Shown here: piece by piece, positions 1-12,950 of the stretch
Position numbering within the stretch: position 1 is the first letter of the stretch
How the letters are laid out: every line of letters starts with the position of its first letter
Origin: Octopus vulgaris
Taxonomy: Eukaryota
Assembly (NCBI GenBank): GCA_951406725.2
Contig: OX597823.1
Location: forward strand, 40,610,001 to 40,674,000
DNA: 64,000 bases
Direction of reading: 5' to 3'
Position numbers and translations under genes: made by a program
Notes under the pieces: generated by a model
The model's database searches: none
Seen by the model: the letters and a program-made list of their open reading frames with translations, nothing else
Told to the model about the DNA's origin: nothing

Positions 1-184
1 GTAGATATTTAACCAAGTAGTTGCGATAAAAAGAGGGGTTGTAATTAAAGAAACGAAAGGGAGAAGAGTAACAAAAATATTGGTCTGTAAGCTAGGTGTT
101 GTTGTAGCGTTGGTGATTGATTTTTACCTTTATCAGTTAAGCGCATTCTTTTGTATGTTATCTTATTCGTAAGAAAAACAAATG

Positions 185-256
<72 letters not shown>

Positions 257-359
257 ATACAAGATGAATACATATATTACGTATGTGAAAGCGCATGTGC
301 GAACAAACACGCAGACGTACACATACATATACACACATACACGTGAGCACATAGGTGCA

Positions 360-545
360 GAACAAGGTGGAGAAAACAGTACAGTACTGGATTACCAAAA
401 TAGAGCAAAATATGTTTTTTAAAGTAGCTGAAAAAAGACTTCACGATACGTCACTCAGTTTCACGTAACCTTCCGTCAGACAGTATTGCTTGACGAACGG
501 TTGCGTGAAAGTCTGAAAAAGAGAATGTGAAGATTTTTCAACTTC
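360..545. mobile_element. Penelope-type terminal repeat remnant, inverted pair with decayed minimal hammerhead cores
   Basis: Minus strand 451-483 reads ctgt-CTGACGG-aag-gtta-cgt-GAAAC-tga-gtg. Plus strand 490-510 reads TTGACGA-acg-gttg-cgt-GAAA. Both arms continue into similar sequence (gtgaagtcttttttcagctac vs gtgaagatttttcaacttc). Confidence 0.5.
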
Positions 546-659
546 AATTACATACATATGGGTGCACGCACGCACACACACATGGATATATATATATAGT
601 CCGCTACCTTAACCACTGAGCCATTGCGCCACACACACACACAAACACAACATGTCAGT

Positions 660-1020
660 GCAATCAGTTTTCCAACAGCAACTGTTTGCTCAATGCTAAA
701 TGCCTAGCTAAGGCAATTACTAACCAGAAACGCATAATATTACATAAAAAATATTATATTATTATAATATCTATGATATATTCAAAGACACTAATGTAAA
801 TAACATCTGTGGAACTCGAATTTAATTATAAGATGAAGAAAAACTAAGTGCACAGTGATAAACTGTGTCTAAGTAAAACAATCGTCCCCATAGCTCAAAT
901 TACATATGAAGATGTTTATGAAAAACGTTGAAAGAAATTATATCGGAATACACGAGGGTAGTTTCAAGTTTGTTTTCTTAACCATCACTCCTCTTTCGTG
1001 AATAAGACTGGAGGACAACT
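660..1020 (+). mobile_element. Penelope-like element fragment (GIY-YIG endonuclease region), pseudogenised
   Basis: Frameshifted translation LAKAITNQKRIIL ... LCLSKTIV ... RNYIGIHEGSFK ... FLNHHSSF, with YIG codons at 939-947. Motif order matches the better preserved copies at 20.5 kb and 34 kb. Confidence 0.65.
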
Positions 1021-2285
1021 TATGAAAATAACACAATAGACGTGTGCGTGTGGTTTGAGAGACGTGTGCATATATACATGTACTATATATATATATGTAC
1101 AATTTACAAGGCAAACTGCTTTCTTTTGGCTCTCGCTGCTCTAATAAAGCATGGCGACATCCAGTTGTGTAAGTCAACCCCTTTCGTACCTCCCAAATAT
1201 GTCCCATTTGCAACAACGAAATGTAAATGCTGGAGGAGGAAGAGCAATTCCCCATCATTTATTTGGCATTTACTTCAGCCGACCAGACAGGAGCAATTCA
1301 AAATAAGGTACCTGAGTGAAGGATACAAAGCGTCACCTGGTTTAAGAATGGGGCAAATCTATGACCTAATAATCGTAAGCACTTAACCAACGATGAAATT
1401 GTTCAATCCGAATTTAGTACACTTATAAAAATCTCTTCCTACAAAAACTCTGTCTATATATGTAAACTGAACCGTAAAAGAAAGGTGACGCATACTAAAT
1501 AGAAACCATTTTATTAACAGATTGGCATTGTATTGATTGAAGGGTGCTAAATAAGAAACCGTTATTTCCTAATGATAAAACATCATTTCCTGAAAAATAT
1601 TTGACGTCACATGGGGTCACGTGATGGTGGAGTGTTTTGGATCCAAATAGATGAGCTCAATCTCTCGTATGACTACCGTTAACGTTCAAAAGGGTCATGT
1701 GGTGTGAATGAAATTTTGAGAATGTTGTAGTAGTATCAAGTAGATAGAGAGGAGAGAAAAATGTGTATGCTAAAATTAGGAGAATGGTCAAAATGAATAG
1801 ATGAGGAAAGAAGAAAGTGAGAGGAAGAGAATATGAATAAAATAAAATAAAATGAAAAAAGTAAAAAAAAGAAAAAAAGGAGTGTTAGTTGGTGGTCAAG
1901 ATATTATGAGGGGAATTGGAGAGGAGTAGGGAGGGAAAGGAAGAGATAAAAATGTAAGGAATGAATGTGTATGAGAAGTGCAAGGTGGGGTGATATGTTC
2001 GAACGGCACTAAGATGGAGTGATGGGTACAGAAAATGGTAGAGAGGGCACGGTTACTAGAGTCAGTAATGAACCTCGAAAAGGAAGGGAAGAATAATAAG
2101 ATATAATAGTCAAGTTTCTAAAAATAGATGGAAATGTTTATTGCATTGGCTAATGTGATGGATGGTGGGGGCTGAGGAATCAGAGACAGAAAAAAGTGTA
2201 TATTGATATACGCACGCGCGCTCAAACATACATATACGTGTGTATATGCACTGTTATATAGGTCCGTGTACTTAGATATTTAAAC

Positions 2286-2339
<54 letters not shown>

Positions 2340-2345
<6 letters not shown>

Positions 2346-2560
2346 ATATGTATGTTGGGTGTGTGTCTGTTTCTCTTTGTTTACCCGTCGATAACCGGTG
2401 ATGGTTTGTTTGCAGTCCAGTAACAGCCATTCGGGACAACGGCCCCATAGAATGACTACCATACTTGCGAAGTAAGTACTGGGATCTATTTGTGTGACTA
2501 AACCCCTCAAAGCAGTGCCTCGCATGGCAACAGTCCAATAACTGAAACAAGTAAAAGAGA
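2340..2560 (+). mobile_element. SINE family B (CORE-like, Octopus OR-type), 3' half
   Basis: Matches the 3' half of the full copy at 29047-29450 (accgatgctggtgtgttta...gactaaa...aactgaaacaagtaaaaga). Preceded by (TA)n. Confidence 0.8.
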
Positions 2561-3690
2561 AAAAATTTCCTTTTATATTTTCAATTTATTTTTATCTTGT
2601 CAGTGGTTTGTCATATAATCAATTGGACACTTATGTATGTGTCTCGTGAGACTATAGCTGAAATTTGAGCTCCTTCTCTGGAACATAATTAATGCTAATA
2701 GCTTCTATTGTTAACATAAATTGGTTCGGTTTTATGTCACTAACTTGCATAATTAGAATTTGGGGTTAGCACAGTTCAATTGGTTTCTAATTAGTTTCGC
2801 GAAAATTCAGGTTGGACAGAGTCGAAGTTCCTTTTGTTACAAGTTAAACTATGAGTACTTCTGGTCCCTACAGTAACAATTGTATTATGTTACGGTCAGA
2901 GAACATCGCTGAAGCTACCTTCCCATTGTAGACAGATTTGACAGGAAATGTTAAAGGGTCTGGTTTATTGTTATTTCTAGTCGAATTAACTATAGTTTAC
3001 GCTATAAATTATTTTTTATACTAAAAAAAACAAAAAAACAAAACAGAGTCTCTTTAACAGTTGTCAATGAACAGCCATTCCTAGTTCAAAATGTCGAAAT
3101 TATCCCAAGGAAACATGTTGATGTAAGGATCTAATCTGATTAACACGTCTTTCTCCGAGGATTTCCTCAAATCTTGTGCAATGATTAAGGTATCTAGTTG
3201 GCGAGATTTTGTTCATATAAATAGGCTGTATGGCAGAGTCCTTATGTCGCCGAATAGACTGACTTCCTGGAACCACTCCCATCGTCCATCTACGTTGAAA
3301 TCTGGCCGAGGTCAACTCTGCCTATCATCCTTTCGAGGTCAATAAATACCAATCCTGTACTGGAACTGATTGTTGTCTTTCTGTCTCTCAAGGCTTTTCT
3401 CCACGTCTAACCACGGACGATTTATTCCAGAGGAAAAACTAAATGCCTGTGGCGAAAAATGAAGTTAGGTCAGTGGAATAATACCCAAGACATGGCGTTT
3501 GTCAAGACAGTATCCCAAAGACTATGGCAAGGAGCTAAAGGCTAAGCTGTACATTGCTGTATATACATATTAGTGTGACATAAACTGAGATTGACAGTTG
3601 AACTAAATAGGAGACATGTTCATGAATGTCCTCTATGAAAAATGTTTATGGGTTAACTATTGCGAGTTTAATGTGTGAGGTGGTCTTAAG

Positions 3691-3990
3691 GAGGCTAGCT
3701 AGCAGAATCGTTAGCACGCCAGCCGAAATGCTTAACAGCATTTCGTCCGTCTTTACGTTTTGAGTTGAAATTCCGCCCAGGTCGACTTTGCCTTTCGAGG
3801 TCAATAGAATAAATACCAGCTGAGAAATGGGGGTCGATGTAATCGATATATTCCCCCCTCGAATTTTCAGTCCTGGTGCCAAAGTTTGAAACCAACATAT
3901 AGATGTCCTTTCGGCGTCGATAAATAAGTAGCAGTCGATAAAATAAGTACCAGTCGAAATTGCTGGCCTTGTGCCAAATTTTGAAATCAA
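3691..3990 (+). mobile_element. SINE family A (tRNA-headed, gtcgactttgcctttcatcc central domain) with duplicated tail segment
   Basis: gcagaatcgttagcacgcc...gagttgaaattccgcc...gtcgactttgcc. Diverged TSD-like flanks (tgtgaggtggtcttaag / tgtgaaatggcttaag). Confidence 0.85.
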
Positions 3991-4515
3991 TATGTGAAAT
4001 GGCTTAAGAAAACGGTGTGAATTGTTATGTTTTTGTCTATGTTGAACACAAGCCTATTTCCCTATTGACTTCTTTCTATTCCTTTCTTTATGGTGGCTGA
4101 TAATTTACTACTGGGACAGTTTGTATGGAGAAAATGGTCTTCGCCAATTTTCTTTGACGTGTGTGTACTCAAATATTTTACTTTTGTCTCTTCTTTTCGG
4201 TATTTAGTTCTGGTGATTCGAGATTCTAAGACCTGTTTGTCAAGCTGTAGTCATTTAGTTCTTGAACAACATGAGTCGATAAAATGTATGATCAAATGTA
4301 GTGATTTTAGGTAATCCTAACAGGTCGAGTAACAATAGAGAAGCTCTCTATTTGCGCTTAAGTCACCTCATTTTGTATACTATTAATACAGCTTGCCATA
4401 AACGTGTGTACACGGAGATTGTCTCTATTTCTAATATCCGTAAACAACGTGTAGCTATAGCAGTCCTAGTTTCTATCGTTGTCTAGCTCAAGCCACCCTT
4501 ATAAAGGCATCAGTT

Positions 4516-4754
4516 TTAATATATATTTCTTTACTACCCACAGGGGGCTAAACACAGAGGGGACAAACAAGGACAGACACACGGATTAAGTCGATTATAT
4601 CGACCCCAGTGCGTAACTGGTACTTAATTTATCGACCCCGAAAGGATGAAAGGCAAAGTCGACCTCGGTGGAATTTGAACTCAGAACGTAACGGCAGACG
4701 AAATACGGCTACGCATTTCGCCCGGCGTGCTAACGTTTCTGCCAGCTCACCACG
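4516..4754 (-). mobile_element. SINE family A, full-length, 17-bp TSD
   Basis: Complete head, body and tail on the minus strand. ttataaaggcatcagtt occurs at both 4499-4515 and 4755-4771. Confidence 0.92.
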
Positions 4755-5357
4755 TTATAAAGGCATCAGTTATTAAAGGCATTCCAGCGTGTTCATACCG
4801 TCTACGTGTAAAAAACCCAAGTCAATTGTACCAGTGTTCTGTTTTAGAACAACCTGGAATAATTTGAGAGAAATTTTGGCTCTAATTTCTAGCAAGTAAA
4901 ACAACTACGTAGATGCTCCCTTGTTAGATAACTACATTTTCAAATATAATCTACAAGTAACTGAATCATTCGTATTGTGCAATTTTTTACCTGGTTTTAT
5001 TCCCTTTTTGGTTGAGAACTATCAAGTGTAATCAATGTTCCGCCATATGACAGCAAGCGACCATTCCTCTTTTGATACTGGGGATTTTAAAGATATTTCT
5101 CAGATTACTCCTCCGTACTCCTTTCAATTTTGTAGAGTATTTGGATAACTAGTATTGATTAGTTACCAGAGAAGGTAGTGTCTGACTCCCCAAAAACCCT
5201 CCAAGTATGGAGTGAGGGAGAGAAAAGGAAGAGAGAAGAGGAAAAAGCTTGTATCAGAATAGACTCCGTTAAAGGTGCTCAACGATCACGGGTTGGTGTT
5301 AAGCACAACAACGAAGCATAATTAATGCTGATAGCTTGTATTACTGAAATAACCGAA

Positions 5358-5545
5358 TGCAGAGAGCTGGCAGAATCGTTAGCACGCAGGGTAAAATACT
5401 TAGCAGCATTTCGTCTGATTTTATGTTGAGTTCGAATTCCGCCGAGGTCGATAAAATAAGTACCAATTAAGCACTGAGGCACGATGTTCTCGATTTACCG
5501 ACTCCCCGAACTTGCTGGTCTTGTGCCAAAATTTGAAACCATTAT
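5358..5545 (+). mobile_element. SINE family A, internally deleted
   Basis: gagctggcagaatcgttagcacg...gagttcgaattccgccgaggtcgataaaataagtacc...ttgtgccaaaatttgaaacc. Confidence 0.85.
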
Positions 5546-5864
5546 TGGCATAACTGGTCTTATGGCCTGACTTTGTATAAATAGAAGTTTGGCCCAGCAC
5601 TCAGTTGAATTAATTTCTTATTAGATTCGTGAAAACTCAGGTTGAGCAGAGTTGAAGTTCTCTGTTAGAGGTTAAACTTTAAGTCATATCGGATCATATA
5701 CTCTATATACTAATCGAAAAGTTCTGTTATTGTTGTATTCTCTGCCCACTACACTTTTTGGGTTTTGGTGTTACCTGGTCAGTTGGGGACATCTTGACCC
5801 TACTTAATTTCTGTTGCATAATATAACCTTTACCTACACACACCTATATGATGGGTCGAAGGTT

Positions 5865-6282
5865 CAGGCATGGATGTGTGTTAAGAAGCTTGCTTCCCAA
5901 GCATATGCTTCCTTGTTCAGTCCCACTGTGTGGCATCTTGGGCAAGTGCCCTATACTATAGCTTAGTCTGCCCAAAGTATTGTCAGGGGATTTGGTAGAC
6001 GGAAACTGAAAGAAGCCCGTCGTATATGTATATATATAGATGTATATATTTATGCGTGCATGTGTCTTTATGTCTGTGCTTGTCCCCCTCCATCGTTTGA
6101 CAACTGATGTTGGTGTGTTTATGCCCTCGTAACTTATCAGTTCGTCAAACGAGACCGATAGAATAAGTACCAGGCTTACAAAGAATAAATCCTGGGGCCA
6201 AGTCCTTCGACTAAAACCCTCTACGGCGGTGCTTCAGCATGGTCACTGCCAAATGACCGAAACGTATTAAAGAATAAAAGAA
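5865..6282 (+). mobile_element. SINE family B, full-length
   Basis: ggcatggatgtgtgttaagaagcttgc...gttcagtcccactg...ttgggcaagtg...ggatttggtagacggaaactgaaagaagcccgtcg, then an internal (TA/TG)n tract, then the 3' half ending aaaagaata. Confidence 0.88.
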
Positions 6283-7322
6283 TATTGAGCAGAATTCAAT
6301 AAATATTTCCGGCAGATCAGCGGAGGAATAAAATGCAATGCTGAAGTTGAGTGACAGGATTCGAGCTCGTCATTAATCTAACCAACAAAATTAATCTGCT
6401 CGATGCGTTACTATCTATGCTAACCTTACAGACTTGATTAAAATATCAGAAAAAAATAAACGTTTCCTCGGGAGAGCAAGTGAGCTTGCTACTTCACAAC
6501 TGTATTACTTTACAGTCTTAGGGAAGACTACAGGTTTTATCCTTGTGTTTTGGACTCCAGTGAGGTTTGAATACAGAATGTAAACTACTAGAACAAATAT
6601 CACAACATGTCTCAGCTAGTATTATAACAATTCTGCCAGTTAACCGTCATAGATTGATTGCCTACTTTATTGATCTAGGAGGATTGATCTCAGCGTTAAT
6701 TGAACTTAAAACTTTGAAAGCTGGAATAAATACTGCAAACCATCTCGTCCGATGCTCTAACGACCCTACCATCTCATCGCCTTGGTATCGAGGAAATAGA
6801 TTGCTGGATCTGTAGATTGACTGATAAAATGCAACACTTATCTATAATCTATTTATGCTCTGAGTTCAAATACCGCTGAGATTGATTAAAGTTGTTTTCC
6901 ATCCTTCTGGTCTCGATAACTTAACAGAAGTAAAATACTGCATAAAATTCTGTAGATAACAGCATATTACAATGTGTTTATTTACTGAAAGGAGTAAACA
7001 TTTTAGAATTCTTTTCTCTTCGGAGAGAAGGAATACTGGATCTAATATTTGTTACAAAATTATAAGTATTTATATATTTTTGAAGAAAAACTAATATCCG
7101 AAAGAGTTATTCATCTCTCCTTACAACATGTAAACGCATTGTTATTTAATTTACATTAACAATCATTTAATGGATTTACTTTTGCCGATAACGCAGACAA
7201 TCACCATGTTCGTTGATTTTGTAATTCTCCATGATATACTGCACTGAAGTTAATCTACTGTAACCTTGTCCCAAACTGAGGTCATTGCTATTATGATAGA
7301 AATCGATATTATCCAACGACCT

Positions 7323-7680
7323 AAGGCGAACTTGGAGACGCGTTAGCACGCTGGACAAAATTCGCAGTAGCATTTCGCCTGTCTTTACGTTCTGAGTTCA
7401 AATACGGAGGTCGACTTTGGCTTTCATCCTTTCGATATTTATAAAATAAATACCAGTCGATGTAATCGACTAGCCCACTTTCCACAAAATTTAAAGCCTC
7501 GTGCCTATAGAAGAAAGGGTTATTATTATTATTATTATTATTATTATTGGTCGACTTTTCCTTTCATACTTTCGAGGTCGATAAATTAAGTACCAGTTAC
7601 GCACTGGGGTCGGTATAATCGACTTAATCCGTTTGTCTCCCCTGTGTTTAGCCCCCTGTGGGCAATAAAGAAATAAAAAA
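7323..7680 (+). mobile_element. Two adjacent SINE family A copies separated by (ATT)n
   Basis: 7323-7520 is head, body and tail B. 7549-7680 is a 5'-truncated body with tail A. Confidence 0.8.
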
Positions 7681-7681
7681 A

Positions 7682-7905
<224 letters not shown>

Positions 7906-8639
7906 TTATGTCTAGTCTCAAAATTAGACTATTAATGAGACTACAAAATATACAAAAAGTATTAGTTGTGCTCTAACTTGCTTCTTCCCTCAAAAGCGTT
8001 GGCCTTGTATCAAAATTAGAAGTTGTTACTATCTAACGCCAAGTACCACTGCTTTTTTCACCGAACTTTAAACTGATGAAAGCTGAAGTTGTCTTCGACA
8101 GGACGTGAACTCAGATCACAGAGAGCCAGAACAAATATCGCTACACATTACCTGTAACTCTGTAATGCCACCATCTTCGCTAGTATTTCTAGCTTCAATG
8201 ATCGAATTCAGTCAATAGGTCAGTGTACAGCTTAATCATCGCGTTTGATCGAAGAAATTTTATTTTCGTGTTTTTCTTCTTCCTTTGAATCTTTGCTATA
8301 AATCTTTGGAATCCATAATTCTTCAAGGCATCTTCTATATGTTTTCTGGCAGCAAATTTTTCCCTTCAGTATTCCATGTCTGCAGATAGTCGATTACGCC
8401 ATCTTTTTTTTTTTTTTAAACCTGTCTTTTTAAAAAGACATACAGAGAAAGCAAGATAATCTTTAACTTTCGTTAGAGAAAATAGTGAAAGAAATATTGT
8501 TTCCAAAACTGTAGAGTAGAAATCTGTGTTGGTGGTGCTGGTGAGATATTAAAAAATAGACAAAACGCAAAAAAAAACCAACATAAATATGAAGCAACAG
8601 AAAAAGCAGAAAATAAGCGAGCGTTGTTGTCATTTTTGC

Positions 8640-8860
8640 TTTTTGTTGTTGTTGCTACTTAGCTCCCGTCCCGCGGATTTTATTATTGACCGAACAGACA
8701 TAACATAAAACTGTTACAGCGCTGACCATTCCATATAAATTTTCAGATGTGCATTTAGAGCCACATTATTCAACGTAGTCCTTTATCGAAGACAGTAGTC
8801 CGTTGATATTTGAGAGATACATTTGACTGCTATTTCTAGGACATCAAGCAGCCTCTTTGA
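8640..8860 (-). mobile_element. Dispersed retroposon-like repeat (family D) with (CAA)n tail
   Basis: gttgttgttg...ttagctcc...gaccattcc...atttgactgctatttctagg. Related segments occur at about 4476-4925 (interrupted by a SINE), 10020-10075 and 21820-21870. Confidence 0.55.
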
Positions 8861-8968
8861 CTCATGAGTAGTTTCCAGGATTATGGATCGAAGAAGTCAT
8901 GGAAGATTGTTTGTAATAAACACGCTTTACCCTAATAATTAGTCAATATGTAATTAACTATAGTTAAG

Positions 8969-9025
<57 letters not shown>

Positions 9026-9817
9026 ACCACAACAACACCACCACAACAACAACGAATTTGGGTTAATTATTTTATTGATGAAATGTATTCTTTTTTTCCC
9101 CCCAAATATCCATTTTGAAATCTAGAAGGAATTTCAAAGTAGCAGACCAATAGGTATTGAGCAGGTAAAACAATGTAAAATGGTTCTATTATGTATTTTA
9201 GAATAATAAATGTCAAGAATTGACTTACCACATGGTTTTGAGAGAAAGAGATAGAGAGAGGGGGTGGAGGGATACAGCTGGGACAATAATTGATATTCGC
9301 CCACTGCCAACCGTTATAGAGCACAGCTATCTATCTATCTAGCTATCTATATTTATATATAAAGAGAGAAAGAGAGAGAGAGAGAGAGAGCGGAAGAGTG
9401 TGAGAGAGAGAGAGAGAGAGCGGAAGAGTGAGAGAGAGAGAGAGAGACAGACAGAGAAAGAGAGAAAAAGAAAGAGAAGGAGAGAGTATATAAGAAATTT
9501 TTTTGTCAACTGATGTCGTGTATGGTATGTCCTGTGAGCTTTCAGCTTGGTTTACCACAAAATTTCTGACTTGAAATGCAACCAAAAATTGTGGTATTGA
9601 GAATGCAGCTAGAAATGGTTTCTCCTTAAGCGGGTGGATATAAATTAAGATAATAAGAAAAATGATAAAACAAATCATTTGACACCTCACGAAAACATTT
9701 AATGTAGATAGAAATTATAAACAGACAGATAGATTCTCTTACAGCTTTATTCTATATCTAAATTAAATGTTTTCGAGTAATGCGAAATGGTTTACTGTTT
9801 CATATCTTATTTTAATC

Positions 9818-9844
9818 CACACACAAACACACACACACACACAT

Positions 9845-9938
<94 letters not shown>
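9818..9938. repeat. (AC)n microsatellite
   Basis: Direct reading. Similar tracts occur at 12555-12635, 24186-24310, 35326-35375 and 59690-59740. Confidence 0.97.
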
Positions 9939-9940
<2 letters not shown>

Positions 9941-10160
9941 TCGCATGGTATTTTTTTCTTCCAGTTATAGTGTATCAAATAACACACTGTCGGATACGTC
10001 TTTCTTTTTGAAATATGTTACAGTGAGATTTGAGGGAGAGTTTAGCTTCTATTTCTAGCATGTAGTGTGACACCTAGATGTTGTCGCATTTGCTCAGAAA
10101 TCTCTAGTTCTCATCTTACCGTCATTTATCTATCAATCCATATGTCTGTCTGTCTCTCTG

Positions 10161-10238
<78 letters not shown>

Positions 10239-11151
10239 AACAGTTCATGTCGAAGTTCTCGATATAAAATTATTTAGCATTTTTCGAATTATGATTTGCT
10301 ATAAAGATAACCAATTATCTCAAGTATCTATTAGAAAATATTTCCACGTAACAAAGTTAATTTATATTACGTTATATGATATTTGAATGATGAAATATTT
10401 CGTAATTTTGTCTTGTATTTGAGGTTTTATTTATTGTCAGGTGCATTAATATAATATTTGAAATATTTAAAAATATTACCACCTGAATAATATAAAAATG
10501 GAGTTGAAATTGCTGCCCTACTTTTCAATAGCTTCAGATTCAAAAAGATATTAACTCATGCAAATGTAGTTATCATATTTTCTAGAAATCTTTGGATTTC
10601 GTCCTGTCGGTGAAACCGTTTGGCTGATCAGAATGACTTAGTGTCATAACACTTGTAACTGAGAGTCTCGAATCCTCTGCAATTTTACACGGATAATAAA
10701 AATTACACTAAAATGAATTGGGTTAATGCCATATTACTACCTACGTTCGTTTTCCATCAAATTCAAGGTACAATCCCTGGCATTGGATTGCAAGCGCCAA
10801 TCAACGGCCATCCATTATGATATTTTGCGAATGCATCTTTGCAAAAGGTAGATTTTAACTCTATTTGCCTGCCCTTTGCAACAGATGTGATGCACCGGAT
10901 ATACTTCTCTGGCGTCCATGTATTATATATGACACACATTCCCAATTCCCAAATTCCAAACCAGCAGAATAACATGGAAGTACCGAAAGAAAAGTTTTAT
11001 GTTACTCAGAACGTATGAAACAAGGGCTAACTAAAAGTTTGAAAACAGTTATGAAGGTTTCGGACAAAATACCTTGACAAGCAGAATCAAAATCTATTCA
11101 GATAATCTGTAGAAACTTCGAACTCATATGATCATGCATAATACCTGTACA

Positions 11152-11452
11152 TTCCAACAGACTGGGACACCTTCTCAGTCCGCAATATGCATGAAAAACT
11201 GGCTCAGAGATAATGATATTTAATTTGGACTGTAAGCTGGCTCACCTGGCATTAATCTGATAGCATAGGATTATATAAAGAAATATAATGGCAGCTTATG
11301 TATGCTTCATTAATTTCGGATTTAATACTGCAGGTTTAAACACGGGATATTTAGAACTTTAGTATTAACCTTGGGTTACTGCAAATAATTTGTCGAAATC
11401 ATGCATCGCTACTGTTCGTGCGGGATAAATCAGGTGTCACACAAAGTATTGA
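11152..11452 (+). mobile_element. Tc1-like DDE transposase C-terminal remnant
   Basis: In-frame FQQTGTPSQSAICMKNWLRDNDI*...SPGINLIA*DYIK, ending ...TKY*. This is the decayed form of Tc1 FQQDGAPxH...WL...SPDLNPIE..W...GxTKY*. Confidence 0.6.
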
Positions 11453-11583
11453 GTGATTTAACATAAATATTTTGTTCGCTTGCAAACTTTTTTCATTGTT
11501 GTTTTATAAAATTACACCTTGTTTTACATTTCCATCAATTGAAACATAAACCTGATCAATGAACCAGTATTACATGTGTATGT

Positions 11584-11626
<43 letters not shown>

Positions 11627-11985
11627 CGTGCGTCTGTGTGTGTGTACGTCACTAAAGCGACTGAGGGCGCGATTCAGCACCAGTATTGCTAGAAATAAGA
11701 GTCAAAACAATTCATAGCTACAATAGCGCACTGTCTTGTTTACTGACAACGGAGGCGAGCTCCTTGAGCACCGGGCAAAGCCAGATAATCAGTGATTTCG
11801 CGTTTACATTATCGCTAGTCAATGACTCTCACCGGCGCCTTGATTTCAACTCAACTCGTCAGCTTATGCACACGAGAACCTTCGTTCAGTTTCCTTTTAC
11901 CAATGAGACTGACTGTGTGACAGATGCATTGCGTTCATGAAGATATTATGTTAACGTGAAATTACGTAACGCTAAACGTGCTTTG

Positions 11986-12288
11986 GTGGAGGCACATGGT
12001 CTAGTGGTTAGCGCAGCGGACTCGCGGTCGAGGGATCGCGGGTTCGAATCTCAGACCGGGCGATGTGTGTTTATGAACGAAACATCTAAGCTCCACGCGG
12101 TTCCGGCAGAAGGTAATGGTGAAATTCTGCTGACTTTTTCGCCACAACTTTCTCTCACTCTTTCCTCCTGCATCTAGAGGCTCACCTGCGATGGACTGGC
12201 GTCCCGTCCAGGTGGGGAACCTATACGCCAAGGAAACCGGGAAACCGGACCTAATGAGCCAGGCGTGGCTCGAGAAGGAACAAGCAAC
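11986..12288 (+). mobile_element. tRNA-derived SINE with V-domain-like core, 12-bp TSD
   Basis: A-box (tggtctagtggttag) and B-box (ggttcgaatc). Central cctgcgatggactggcgtcccgtccagg resembles the V-SINE domain. aaacgtgctttg occurs at both 11974-11985 and 12289-12300. Confidence 0.85.
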
Positions 12289-12551
12289 AAACGTGCTTTG
12301 CCTTTGACTTCTTATCCTCAAGTAATACATGATTCCACATGAAGGCAAGATTTTTAAGATACAACGCTTCGGTACAGCGAACGAAGCCTCTATATAACAT
12401 TTTCTTTTTCAAGAGATGCTTTTATATCTATTCTTTCCATTAATTTTATTTACATATACATTAGTCATAAACCCAACTCCTTTTGAAACAAGAAACTGCC
12501 TCTAGTACGCGAAATAGGACGTGGTTTAAGGGATTCGTTTGTGTTTAGTTA

Positions 12552-12601
<50 letters not shown>

Positions 12602-12664
12602 ACACACACATACACACACACACACACACACATACAGATGATCAGCTTTTAAATTTCTGACGCA

Positions 12665-12950
12665 GTGTAAGTCAGTCACTTTTTTCGCGGTATGAGGACA
12701 AATTCAAAGATTTATTTGAAACGCCTAAACATTAGAAAAGAAACCTTTGAGAATCTTGCGAGAAACGGTAGAGAATGGAGGAAAAAGTGTTTTCTCAACT
12801 TCAAAATTTCGAAACTCAAAGGATATTTCAACAGGAGCAGTTATGGGAAAATAGGAAAATTAATCAGCAGAACAACAACAGTCACCTTGCAAACTACCAC
12901 CACCTAATTTCTCAGCTGGATTACTTGCTGGTTTAATAAAACATGCTCAT
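12665..12950 (+). mobile_element. RTE-clade LINE C-terminal remnant
   Basis: RYEDKFK / LKRLNIRKETFENLARNGREWRKK resembles the RTE RYKDxLK...WExLAxDRxxWR motif. Confidence 0.5.

Noticed and set aside
1555-1600. Possible minus-strand hammerhead (ttcagga-aatgat/atcatt-ag-gaaat) in a PLE-terminus-like region 1460-2200
   Set aside because: Two core mismatches and no convincing stem I. It is too decayed to call.
11830-11865. Minus-strand CTGACGA…GAAA spacing
   Set aside because: No stem II or stem I pairing, so a chance match.
11986-12062. tRNA-like sequence (also 45735-45810)
   Set aside because: It is a SINE head. It continues into a SINE body and tail, and the acceptor stem is not intact.
12233-12280. 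ctaatgag-cc…ggctc-gag in the V-like SINE tail resembling a hammerhead
   Set aside because: The core is not CUGANGA and there is no GAAA after the stem. It is an ordinary SINE 3' stem-loop.
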